From Clostridia bacterium (lineage in GTDB: Bacteria > Bacillota > Clostridia > Oscillospirales > Acutalibacteraceae): DNA of 64,000 nt. The stretch is from positions 3,501-67,500 of the forward strand of contig JAFSLT010000070.1 in assembly GCA_017448285.1 (NCBI GenBank). Reading direction: 5' to 3'. The position numbers and the translations under genes were made by a program. Below the pieces are notes generated by a model that saw nothing but the letters and a program-made list of their open reading frames with translations, did not search any database and had not been told where the DNA came from. Position 1 is the stretch's first letter. Every line of letters starts with the position of its first letter. Of the stretch, positions 48,484 to 58,101 are shown in pieces.

Positions 48484-50406
48484 TTAAATATCTAAATTTG
48501 CAACATATTTTGCGTTTTTTTCGATAAATTCGCGTCTTGGTTCAACTTTTTCGCCCATAAGAGTGCTGAAAACCTCATCAGCTTGCGCTGCATCTTCGAC
48601 CGACACCCTAAGCATAGTCCGGGTTTCGGGGTTCATAGTAGTCTCCCAGAGCTGTTCGGAGTCCATCTCGCCCAAGCCTTTATAGCGCTGAACTTCGGAA
48701 GAACCGCCGATTTCTAAAAGAATTCTATCACGTTCTTCATCCGAAAAAGCGTAAAAATGCTGTTTGAGTTTAGTAATTCTATAAAGTGGCGGCCTTGCAA
48801 TATACACATAGCCATTTTCAACTATTTTCTTCGCAAATCTAAAAAAGAAAGTTAACAATAAAGTTCTAATATGCGAGCCGTCCACATCAGCATCGGCCAT
48901 AATTATAATTTTATGGTATCTTAATTTGTCAATATCCAAATCACTACCAATTCCGCAACCCAAAGCAGTTATAATCGGCATTAATTTTTCGTTAACATAA
49001 ACCTTAGCAAGTTGCGCTTTTTCAACATTCAGCATCTTGCCCCAAAGCGGGAGTATTGCTTGAAATTTGCGATTCCTGCCGCCTTTGGCCGAACCTCCTG
49101 CCGAATCTCCCTCAACTATATAAATCTCAGTTTCTTCAGGATTTTTCGACTGACAATCGGCTAATTTTCCTGGTAAAGAAGCGGATTCCATTGCGTTTTT
49201 TTTTCTAACAAGTTCACGCGCTTTATGAGCTGCCTCGCGCGCCTTGGCAGATGCCAGAATTTTTTCCATTATCGCTCTTGCAGAATTCGGATTTTCTTCG
49301 AAATACAATTTTAATTTTTCATAAACAACTTTATCGACAAAGCCCTTAACTTCAGTATTGCCAAGCTTTGATTTAGTCTGCCCTTCAAATTGCGCTTCTT
49401 TCATTCTGATATTTATAACAGCACATAGGCCCTCGCGAACATCATCGCCGATAAAATTTTTATCATCATCTTTTAAAATTTTAAATTCTCTTGCATAGTT
49501 ATTCACAACTCGAGTTAAAGCCGATTTAAACCCATCTTCGTGTGTTCCACCATCATTTGTATGAATATTATTAACAAAAGATAAAATAAGCTCATTATAA
49601 CTCGAATTAAACTGCAGCGCGGCCTCAAAATAAGTTGCTATTTCGTTATTCTCGGCGCTAAAAGTTATAACATCATCGTGGATGGCATCGAGAGCCCGGC
49701 GATTTCGCAAAAATTCGACAAAACTGACCACTCCGCCATCATATTTAAAAATTTCGATTTTAGATTCTTCCTGCCTTTTATCAATCAAATCAATTTCAAG
49801 CCCAGCATTTAAAAAGGCCTGCTCACGAAGCCGTGTTGCGAGAATCTGAAAATCGTAATCTTTAACATCTTTAAAAATATCCTCATCAAATTTAAATGAG
49901 ATTTCAGTTCCACGGGCATCAGAACAATCCGAAGAGGTTAAATCAGAAACTATATTTCCCCTTTCAAATTTTTGCTCATAAACTTTTTCGCCATCAAAAA
50001 CACGAACTTTAAGCCAATTTGAAAGCGCATTAACAACCGAAGCACCAACTCCATGTAGTCCTCCCGAAACTTTATATCCACTCCCGCCAAATTTTCCTCC
50101 GGCATGTAAAACGGTAAAAACAACGGTCACCGCAGGAATTCCAAGCTTTGGATGAATCCCGACCGGAATTCCTCTGCCGTTATCACGCACCCTTATTATA
50201 TTTTCGGGCAGAATTTCGACAATTATTTTAGTGCAAAACCCCGCCAGAGCTTCGTCAATCGAGTTATCAACAATTTCATAAACTAAATGATGCAGTCCCC
50301 TGGAGCCCGTTGAACCAATATACATCCCCGGCCGCTTTCTAACAGCTTCCAGGCCCTCCAAAACCTGAATTTGATTGGCACCATATTCTAAATCAATATC
50401 ACTCAC
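48484..50406 (-). CDS. gyrB: DNA gyrase subunit B
   Basis: 640 aa with DNSIDEA, GGLHGVGASVVNALS, EGDSAGGSAKGGR and DADVDGSHIRTLLLTFF motifs. GTG start. Confidence 0.95.
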   Translation of the reverse strand: MSDIDLEYGANQIQVLEGLEAVRKRPGMYIGSTGSRGLHHLVYEIVDNSIDEALAGFCTKIIVEILPENIIRVRDNGRGIPVGIHPKLGIPAVTVVFTVLHAGGKFGGSGYKVSGGLHGVGASVVNALSNWLKVRVFDGEKVYEQKFERGNIVSDLTSSDCSDARGTEISFKFDEDIFKDVKDYDFQILATRLREQAFLNAGLEIDLIDKRQEESKIEIFKYDGGVVSFVEFLRNRRALDAIHDDVITFSAENNEIATYFEAALQFNSSYNELILSFVNNIHTNDGGTHEDGFKSALTRVVNNYAREFKILKDDDKNFIGDDVREGLCAVINIRMKEAQFEGQTKSKLGNTEVKGFVDKVVYEKLKLYFEENPNSARAIMEKILASAKAREAAHKARELVRKKNAMESASLPGKLADCQSKNPEETEIYIVEGDSAGGSAKGGRNRKFQAILPLWGKMLNVEKAQLAKVYVNEKLMPIITALGCGIGSDLDIDKLRYHKIIIMADADVDGSHIRTLLLTFFFRFAKKIVENGYVYIARPPLYRITKLKQHFYAFSDEERDRILLEIGGSSEVQRYKGLGEMDSEQLWETTMNPETRTMLRVSVEDAAQADEVFSTLMGEKVEPRREFIEKNAKYVANLDI

Positions 50407-50427
50407 AAGTACTCCAAAAATTAAAAT

Positions 50428-50691
50428 TTATAAACCAAACCAATGCAAATACTCTGCAACGTTCAGCAAAATAACCAAAGCAAACATCATAATTGCAATA
50501 AATCTTGTCCATCTTGCCAAAAACGCATCTATAACCCTACTTTTATTTTTGTTAAGATACGAATCCGCACCGCCACCGGTGATAATCCCACCCATACTTT
50601 GTTCCTTACCTTCTTGAAAAAGCACAATCGCAACTATTACAATACTAAAAACTATAATAAGAATTCCCATAGTAATTTCAAAAACAGTCAT
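50428..50691 (-). CDS. secG: Preprotein translocase subunit SecG
   Basis: Two TM segments flank GGIITGGGADSYL. Start is probably ATG 50691. Confidence 0.75.
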   Translation of the reverse strand: MTVFEITMGILIIVFSIVIVAIVLFQEGKEQSMGGIITGGGADSYLNKNKSRVIDAFLARWTRFIAIMMFALVILLNVAEYLHWFGL

Positions 50692-50706
50692 TAAAATCAC
50701 ATCCAA

Positions 50707-51003
50707 TCATTTTTTTAAATTTGAAACAGATTGCCGTTCAAGCCAAGCAGCCGCTAAATCTAAAGCTTTGAAAAAGCTATCTTTAACGCTGAATTTAAAA
50801 GGTTTAAAAATACTCCCATGCGAAGCCGCCAAAGTATCAACCAAACCAACCGACACTTTATTTGGCATTTTAAAATTATCTTCACTTCTCGAATCTATAT
50901 GCAAAAAAGCTATTTTAGGTTCCAAAACATTACCGTAAAAAAAATCGTCTTTGCACCTGACCAAACGCCTACCTTTATAACTCAAAATCGCTTCAGTTTC
51001 CAT
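50707..51003 (-). CDS. Hypothetical protein (98 aa)
   Basis: ATG 51003 (METEAILSYKG) follows AGGAGGGG. The track's N-terminal extension runs into a PE flank. Confidence 0.55.
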   Translation of the reverse strand: METEAILSYKGRRLVRCKDDFFYGNVLEPKIAFLHIDSRSEDNFKMPNKVSVGLVDTLAASHGSIFKPFKFSVKDSFFKALDLAAAWLERQSVSNLKK

Positions 51004-51077
51004 AACAGCCCCTCCTCTTGAAAGTATTATACTAAAAAATAAATTCAAAATCAAATAGAATTTCAAAACCTAGATAG

Positions 51078-51105
51078 ATTTCTCTCCGGCAATGCCGGAG
51101 AGAAT
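51078..51105. repeat. PE copy
   Basis: atttctctccggcaatgccggagagaat. Confidence 0.9.
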
Positions 51106-51141
51106 TGCCAACTAGTCACTAACTAAAAAAATTTAAAAAGA

Positions 51142-51969
51142 TTACTCCTCCAATTGTTCTTCTAAAGGCACCTCTAAAGATTTTTCTAAAATCACAACAG
51201 ACTGCTTGCCAAGTTCTAAAAACCTTTGATTTACTAGCTTTTTTTCGTAGGGTATTACACCATGATTTTTGTAAGGATCATTAAAATAATAATTATTATC
51301 ATCATATCCTACTAAAACCAAGCAGTGCTCGCCTTTCATCCACGTGAATATGTCACCAATTTTGTATGGCGAATTTTCATCAACATAATTTATAATCCAA
51401 CTACGTCCAGGGCTGGTTTCTTTCATGTCCATTGTTGCCCAAATTAATACTGGAATATCTTTGTCAATATAATTTTTGATTAGATCAATTAAATTCATTC
51501 CTGTTGTAATTTTAGTTTTATGTTTTTTAGTATCTACCACCTTATCGATAGATTTTGCAGTTCCCGGCGCAAAAATACCAAAACCAAAATTTTTACCACT
51601 GGATTCGTAAGGATTTCCTGCATAAGTAGCATGTGGATCAGGCCCATGCATATGTCCGCTCTTTACAAACCAATCTTTTTTAATTAAATATTTATCTGTA
51701 AAATCTTTTTCTGAAATTTCATATCCATAATACTGCAGAAGCATAGTAGAACTTACAGCCTCACAGCCGTAAACTATATCATTTTGATTTATGTACGGTA
51801 CATTAATTAGTTTAGTTGGTTTGCAAGAATTTTTAATTTCTTCAGGTACATTATTTATTTCCGCAGCAACTGTTTTCCCATTCATAGCCTTAGCAGTTGG
51901 ATCCCAACTTGTTTTTGTAAACAACATTTGTAACGATAGTAACCCTGTCATCATAAGTTTATAATTCAC
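51142..51969 (-). CDS. Secreted C39-like (papain-fold) peptidase domain protein
   Basis: Signal-like N terminus, INVPYINQNDIVYGCEAVSSTMLLQYYG (Cys nucleophile context) and HCLVLVGYDDNNYYFNDP (His context). Confidence 0.6.
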   Translation of the reverse strand: MNYKLMMTGLLSLQMLFTKTSWDPTAKAMNGKTVAAEINNVPEEIKNSCKPTKLINVPYINQNDIVYGCEAVSSTMLLQYYGYEISEKDFTDKYLIKKDWFVKSGHMHGPDPHATYAGNPYESSGKNFGFGIFAPGTAKSIDKVVDTKKHKTKITTGMNLIDLIKNYIDKDIPVLIWATMDMKETSPGRSWIINYVDENSPYKIGDIFTWMKGEHCLVLVGYDDNNYYFNDPYKNHGVIPYEKKLVNQRFLELGKQSVVILEKSLEVPLEEQLEE

Positions 51970-52136
51970 ATTTTTCTCCCACTATAATAATTATATAATT
52001 TATTTGGACTATATCAAGAATATACTTTACAATCTAGAATAGCTTTGCATATCCCCCTCTTCTTTTTGGAAATGTGTGGATTTTACCAAAAAGTAAATTC
52101 AAAATCAAACGGGGTATTACAAACTTAAATAAGTTT

Positions 52137-52159
52137 TTCTCCGGCAACGCCGGAGAGAA
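52137..52159. repeat. PE copy
   Basis: ttctccggcaacgccggagagaa. It shares the upstream flank aaattcaaaatcaaa with the copy at 51078. Confidence 0.9.
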
Positions 52160-52198
52160 CAGTTTTTACAATACCATAAAAACTATTTTTTACTTATT

Positions 52199-53236
52199 TT
52201 ATATTTTCTTGGAATTAATTCTTAGTTCGTTTAAACGATTATTATTATATTCAGATATATTGGTTAGCATTTTTAATAATTTACTGTCAAGAATGGATAG
52301 AAGATGTTCTGAATATTTTTTCTTTTTTTTATCTTCTAAACTATTTATTCTATAATAAGTTATATCTAAACAATGTGTTAAAATCCATTCGTCTGTATAA
52401 TTTTTATTTATATAATAATTTATCAAATGATCACATCGATTTATTGCCGATATTAATTTTTTTTCAATAGAATAAGTATTTTCAGCAGAAGTTTCTCTAT
52501 AAGTATTGTAATGATAATATGCATCAGCGCATCCAAAAATTTTTTTGGCATTTGGGGTTACCATTTTTAAAAATAAGTCATCTTCCCCGTATGCAACGTC
52601 TTCTGCGAATCGTATATTTTCGTCAAACAATATGGAACGTTTAAATATTTTATTCCACACCGTGCAATTTTTTGTAAATTCATTTTTCAAACAGTCAAAA
52701 GCATTATAAAACTTGTTTTTGTATGGATTTATAATTTTGTGCTCCGGCTCCTGTATATATCCAAAAGCTAAGATATCTGCATTTTTCTCAATTATAGTGT
52801 CAATACAATTTTTATAAGTGTTAATATCTACATAATCATCTGCGTCTACAAAAGTGATAAAGTCGCCGTTTGAAGCATTAATTCCGGCATTTCTGGCCGA
52901 AGAAACTCCTCCATTTTTCTTATCTATCAAAATAATACGGCTATCTTTATCCTTATATTGATTTAGAATATTTAGCGAATTATCTTTTGACCCATCATTA
53001 ACACAAACTATTTCAATATTTTTATAAGTCTGATTAATTAAGGAATCCAAACAAATAGAAATATAATTTTCAACATTATAAACTGGAACTATTATTGATA
53101 ACAATATATTTTTATTTTTAATACTTGAATTTTTATTGTAATTTATATAATGATAGACAAAAACTCCAATAATTGACATTACTATTGCCATAGTAATAAA
53201 AAATATTTTTTTTCTTAAATGCTTGTTAATATTCAT
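52199..53236 (-). CDS. Family 2 glycosyltransferase
   Basis: N-terminal TM segment followed by SIIVPVYNVENYISICLDSLINQTYKNIEIVCVNDGSKDNS. Confidence 0.85.
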   Translation of the reverse strand: MNINKHLRKKIFFITMAIVMSIIGVFVYHYINYNKNSSIKNKNILLSIIVPVYNVENYISICLDSLINQTYKNIEIVCVNDGSKDNSLNILNQYKDKDSRIILIDKKNGGVSSARNAGINASNGDFITFVDADDYVDINTYKNCIDTIIEKNADILAFGYIQEPEHKIINPYKNKFYNAFDCLKNEFTKNCTVWNKIFKRSILFDENIRFAEDVAYGEDDLFLKMVTPNAKKIFGCADAYYHYNTYRETSAENTYSIEKKLISAINRCDHLINYYINKNYTDEWILTHCLDITYYRINSLEDKKKKKYSEHLLSILDSKLLKMLTNISEYNNNRLNELRINSKKI

Positions 53237-53311
53237 AAACTCCTATCATCTTTCATTTAAGTTTTATCATAAATATTAGCATTTTACAAAATAAATTAAA
53301 GCAAAAGAATC

Positions 53312-53332
53312 TTCTCCGGCAGCGCTGGAGGA
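53312..53332. repeat. PE copy
   Basis: ttctccggcagcgctggagga. Confidence 0.8.
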
Positions 53333-53476
53333 AATAACTATTTTTTGAGTATTTAAAGGATCAATTTTTTAGGAATCATTTTCTTCAAATAACTTAGACA
53401 TAGTATAAACATAAATACTAATAGCCGTTAACACGAATGTGGAAATTATAGAATAACAAGAAAAAAAATAATATAA

Positions 53477-53656
53477 TCAGGGAATAGAAATAACAAGAGA
53501 TGTACGAAAAAATAGTACATCTTTTTCCCAAACAAATTGGACTGCCCCGCGACTATTAACCTTATCACCAATGTCCATTGCCAAAGACTGACTGCCCAAA
53601 ACAGATAAATCGCTCAAAACTGCGAGTGTAAATTTGTGATTATTCTTTCTTGCCAT
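53477..53656 (-). CDS. Leader-only remnant of the leader family (59 aa)
   Basis: RBS ggag plus ATG 53656. Product is MARKNNHKFTLAVLSDLSVLGSQSLA followed by only 33 more residues. A family promoter lies upstream. Confidence 0.45.
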   Translation of the reverse strand: MARKNNHKFTLAVLSDLSVLGSQSLAMDIGDKVNSRGAVQFVWEKDVLFFRTSLVISIP

Positions 53657-53740
53657 AAAAATCTCCAATAAAATTTCAAAAACTCCCAAAACTTGCAACT
53701 CGTGCGTACGCGAGTACAAACGAGTACAAAACTTAATGAT

Positions 53741-53769
53741 ATTATAAATTATAAATTCTATTTTGTCAA
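53741..53769 (-). promoter_or_regulatory. Leader-family promoter block
   Basis: On the minus strand: cTTGACAaaata, 17 bp spacer, TATAAT. Confidence 0.6.
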
Positions 53770-53814
53770 GTAAAAATTGATATTTTTTATAAAAATTTTT
53801 GTTACTTTTAAAAA

Positions 53815-53840
53815 TTTCTCTCCGGCATCACCGAAGAAAA
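53815..53840. repeat. PE copy (right arm degenerate)
   Basis: tttctctccggcatcaccgaagaaaa. Confidence 0.8.
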
Positions 53841-53944
53841 GGATATATCTACATAACATAATTTGCTTATTTTTTCATATATATTTTTAAGCGAATTTTT
53901 GTTGTTTAAAAATTAAAGAGCTTTAACACAGCGGAGGAATAATA

Positions 53945-56602
53945 ATGAACTGGCAAAATTTATCGGCAGAAGAAACTTTGAAAAAACTCAGTGTAGATAT
54001 AAATCACGGCTTAAATAATATTCAAGTCGGCAAACGCCGTGAAAAATTTGGTAAAAATATAATACAAGACGGCATAAAATTCAATTTTTTGCAAAAATTT
54101 GTCGCTCAGTTTTCTGATTTTATGGTAATAACGCTTTTAATTGCTTCAATTGTATCGTTTATTACTTCTGTTATCAATAAAAATAATGATTATATAGATT
54201 CTATAATAATTTTATTTATAGTTATATGCAACGCAATCATCGGAGTAGCGCAAGAAAGCAAGGCACATAAAGCAATAGATTCACTCAAAAAACTTTCGGC
54301 TTCTAAAATAAAAGTGCGAAGAAATTCGCGAGACATAAAAATTTTATCAGATGAAATTGTCCCCGGCGATATTCTGCTCTTGGAATCCGGCGATAAAATT
54401 TGTGCTGATGCTCGAGTTTTGACTTCGAGAAACTTAAAAGTCGAAGAATCGATTCTTACGGGCGAATCTGATTCTGTTTCTAAAAAAGAAGCCAAAATAG
54501 ACGAAAAAACGCCTGTTTTAGAAGCCTCAAATATGATTTTTTCCGGCAGTTTCGTAACTTCCGGGCGAAGCATTTCGGTAGCGGTCGAAACCGGCATGAA
54601 TACGCAAATCGGCAAAATCGCCGGACTTATAAATAATTCAAAAACCCCTCAAACTCCACTGCAAGAGAAATTAACTGAAACCGGTAAAATTTTAAGCATC
54701 GGCACGATAATAATATCTGCTGCGGTATTTATTTTGGGAATTATAGGTAAAGCTTCGATTTTAGAAATGTTTATGCTTGCAATCAGCCTTGCAGTTGCAG
54801 CGATTCCCGAAGGCTTGCCTGCAATAATTACGATAGCTCTTGCAAACGGCGTTAAAAAAATGGCAAAACACAACGTAATTATACGAAAGCTTCCGGCAGT
54901 AGAAACCTTAGGCAGTGCAACGGTTATATGCACTGACAAAACTGGGACTTTAACACAAAACAAAATGACTGTTACCGAAATATATAATTTTAAAAATAAA
55001 TTAAATTTAGAATCAATTGAAGCTTTTAAAATAATAAACCTAGCAAACTTATGCAGTAATGCAAAAAACTTAGGAGGAAAATTTTCGGGTGACCCTACTG
55101 AATGCGCAATGCTTCTTTTTGAAAATAAAAATTTTAAAAGCTCGGAAAATTTAAAAAATAGATTTTCACGAATAAAAGAAATTCCATTTAATTCCGAGAA
55201 AAAAATGATGACCACGATTAATCAGGCTCAAAACGAATATCTTGTAGTTTGCAAAGGCGCACCCGAAGTAATACTTAATCTTTGCGATAATTATTTTTAT
55301 AGTAATACTCAAAAATTAGACGAAAAATTAAAACAAGAAATAATTAAAAATTATGAATTCATGGCATCAAGAGCTTTAAGAGTTTTGGCAGTTGCGTATA
55401 AAAAACAAGAAGATTATCCTCAAAACAATAAAAATTTAACTTTTGCAGGTTTGATTGGAATAATCGACCCGCCACGAAAAGAAGCCAAATTATCAGTTAA
55501 AAACTGCATAAAAGCCGGAATAAAACCTGTTATGATAACAGGCGACCATCTTTTAACCGCAAAAGCAATAGGAAAAGAATTGGGAATTTTTACAAATAAT
55601 TCACGAGAAATTACCGGAAAGGAACTTGATAAGTTAAACCAAGCAGAACTTGAAAAAAATATATATTTATATTCTATTTTTGCGCGCGTGTCGCCGGAAC
55701 ATAAAGTAAGAATTATTCGGGCATTTCAGGCCCGAGGCGAAATAGTTGCTATGACCGGCGACGGAGTCAACGATGCTCCTGCGTTAAAAGCTGCAAATAT
55801 CGGCTGCGCGATGGGAAAATCTGGCACGGACGTTGCAAAATCAGCTTCCGATATGATTTTAACCGACGATAATTTTTCAAGTATAGTCGAAGCCGCCAAA
55901 CAGGGGAGAGGCATATACAAAAACATACAAAAAACTATTCATTTTTTAATTTCTACAAATATTGGTGAAATAATCGCAGTATTGTTGGCGTTCTTGATGA
56001 ATTTGCCAACTCCTTTGCTTGCTATACAGCTTTTGTGGATAAATTTGGTAACCGATTCTTTCCCGGCACTCGCGCTGGTTATCGACCCGTTTGATTCTGA
56101 AATCATAAAAAATAAACCTGAAGATTTAAAAAAAGGTTTTATGCATGGCAAACGAGGCTATAACATGCTCATCGAGGGCACTTTTATAGGCATAATTTGT
56201 ATTATTGCGTTTTTATTAGGTAGAAATTTATTTGATTTAGATTATAATGACCCGATAATTGGTAGGACTATGGCTTTTATGACAATTGGCATTTCGCAGC
56301 TAGCGCATGCATTTAATGTTCGGAGCGAAGAATCGATATTCAAGTCAGGAATTTTAGGCAATGCAAAATTAATTTTGGCAACTCTTATGTGCACATTTTT
56401 GCAAGTAATTGTAGTCTTTGTTGAAAAATTAAACACTCTTTTCAGAACAGATCAGCTAAACTTTACTCAATGGCTAATCGTTTTAAGCTTATCGATTTTG
56501 CCGACTGTAGTTTCAGAAATCGAGAAAAAGATATCAAAAGATAAAAATCAAGTTTTAAAAGCTAAAAATTTAAATAAAATTTTTTTGAAATCAAAAAATT
56601 AA
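53945..56602 (+). CDS. P-type Ca2+-transporting ATPase (P2A/P2B-like)
   Basis: 885 aa with ICTDKTGTLTQNKM, MITGDH and TGDGVNDAPALK motifs and 10 predicted TM segments. Confidence 0.9.
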   Translation: MNWQNLSAEETLKKLSVDINHGLNNIQVGKRREKFGKNIIQDGIKFNFLQKFVAQFSDFMVITLLIASIVSFITSVINKNNDYIDSIIILFIVICNAIIGVAQESKAHKAIDSLKKLSASKIKVRRNSRDIKILSDEIVPGDILLLESGDKICADARVLTSRNLKVEESILTGESDSVSKKEAKIDEKTPVLEASNMIFSGSFVTSGRSISVAVETGMNTQIGKIAGLINNSKTPQTPLQEKLTETGKILSIGTIIISAAVFILGIIGKASILEMFMLAISLAVAAIPEGLPAIITIALANGVKKMAKHNVIIRKLPAVETLGSATVICTDKTGTLTQNKMTVTEIYNFKNKLNLESIEAFKIINLANLCSNAKNLGGKFSGDPTECAMLLFENKNFKSSENLKNRFSRIKEIPFNSEKKMMTTINQAQNEYLVVCKGAPEVILNLCDNYFYSNTQKLDEKLKQEIIKNYEFMASRALRVLAVAYKKQEDYPQNNKNLTFAGLIGIIDPPRKEAKLSVKNCIKAGIKPVMITGDHLLTAKAIGKELGIFTNNSREITGKELDKLNQAELEKNIYLYSIFARVSPEHKVRIIRAFQARGEIVAMTGDGVNDAPALKAANIGCAMGKSGTDVAKSASDMILTDDNFSSIVEAAKQGRGIYKNIQKTIHFLISTNIGEIIAVLLAFLMNLPTPLLAIQLLWINLVTDSFPALALVIDPFDSEIIKNKPEDLKKGFMHGKRGYNMLIEGTFIGIICIIAFLLGRNLFDLDYNDPIIGRTMAFMTIGISQLAHAFNVRSEESIFKSGILGNAKLILATLMCTFLQVIVVFVEKLNTLFRTDQLNFTQWLIVLSLSILPTVVSEIEKKISKDKNQVLKAKNLNKIFLKSKN

Positions 56603-56614
56603 GTTAAAAGAGTT

Positions 56615-56640
56615 CTCTCCGGCATAAACGGAGAGTTTTT
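56615..56640 (+). terminator. PE-type hairpin followed by a T-run (likely functions as a terminator here)
   Basis: ctctccggcataaacggagag plus ttttt, 13 bp after the ATPase stop. Confidence 0.6.
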
Positions 56641-56683
56641 ATATCATAAAAACAAAATTTTTCCCAAAGTCCACAAAAAAGTG

Positions 56684-56712
56684 TTGATTTTTTGTATTTA
56701 ATATTGTATAAT
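56684..56712 (+). promoter_or_regulatory. Consensus promoter
   Basis: TTGATT, 17 bp spacer, TATAAT. Confidence 0.5.
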
Positions 56713-56744
56713 ATACATATAAATTATAAAAGGTGGTGATGTTT

Positions 56745-57858
56745 ATGTCATTTTTTGGCAATTTAAAAGATCTTTTCGGATTAAACAAATCAAAAAAAGA
56801 TGAGCGTACCAAATTAAACACGTTAGCTAATCAAATTCAAGATTTTATTAAAAAACAATCAAACTATTTAAGTGATTCAAACGCAGAAGAAAGCTATGGT
56901 AATTGGTGTATATTTTACATTTCGATTGCCGATAGTTTATACACTATAGCTAATGAAATATGTAAAACTAGAGAGCACGAACATTCAGATTTGGCTAATA
57001 AATTAAAATCTAATCAGATACTTAATGATAATGAAATCAATAAAATTATTAAAGTTATTGCTCCCCAACAAATTGCTAAACAAGATTCTATATTAAATTT
57101 ATTGAAAGGCAAAAATGCTGATGAAAAGAAAAAACTTATAGAAAATATATCCAAATGGTTTAAAAAATTCCAAAATGTAAAAGGAGGCCATTTTACAGTT
57201 TGGACGAGCAAAATTAAAAAGGCTATCGATGATTTAACTAAAATTGATGCCAGCAAAACTGCAAATGTTTTTATTGAAAAAATAAATGTAAAACAAAAAG
57301 AAAATGAAGCGAAAGAAAAAAATAAAGTTGAAAAACATAATGAAATGTACGACAAAGAACATTTTGAAAAAATGAATAAAGAAATGAAAGATATTGAAAA
57401 AATAAAAGACGAAGAGAAAAAGAATAAAAAGCAAATTACTCTTAATAACTGCAATTGAAAATTACAAAAGCAAAACATTAAATAAATATATTAATTTTTT
57501 AACGCAGCAAGATATTAATAAAATAAAAGAAAGCTTTTTATGGTATTTAAAACCAAGTAGGGTAGATTCTAAAAACGGCCAAATGAATTTAAATGAAGAC
57601 TGTATTAAAAATTCTCTTACTGAATTAAGAACAATATATTCAAACAATAAGGAATTTGAAAAAATAGATATTGTTGCTCATAATCAAGGTGATAATTATA
57701 AAGGATTTAAAATTACTATTCAAAACCCTAAATATGAATTTAGCATTTTAGAATCTAATTCAAAAATTGCCTTACAAGATATTCAAGGAAATGGTGCAAA
57801 TTTTGACACTACTCAAAATAAAAAATGGATAAAAATAAGAAACGAAAAAAAAGAATAA
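56745..57858 (+). pseudogene. Hypothetical gene split by a frameshift in an A-rich run
   Basis: Frame 0 (MSFFGNLKDLFG...) stops at 57458. An open, protein-like frame +1 runs 57406..57858. The two overlap at A5 runs (57417..57421 and 57426..57430). Confidence 0.6.
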
Positions 57859-57931
57859 CAAATAAAAGAAAGAATTAAATTATTGATAAATAAAAAATAT
57901 TATAATTTTATCAAATTTAGCCAAAAAACTG

Positions 57932-57960
57932 TTGACATCTATATTTTATTATGATATTAT
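57932..57960 (+). promoter_or_regulatory. Extended -10 promoter upstream of the vWA gene
   Basis: TTGACA, 17 bp spacer, TGaTATTAT. Confidence 0.5.
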
Positions 57961-58101
57961 TGGTATACACTATGATAAATAATAATTTTTTGGGATGTTT
58001 GTGAGTAAATTTTAAAGAGCTGTTTGTATTATATTAAAAATTATTTTTAACAAAATATTATTATTTTAAAATATAGTGAATAATAAATTTGGAGGATATT
58101 T

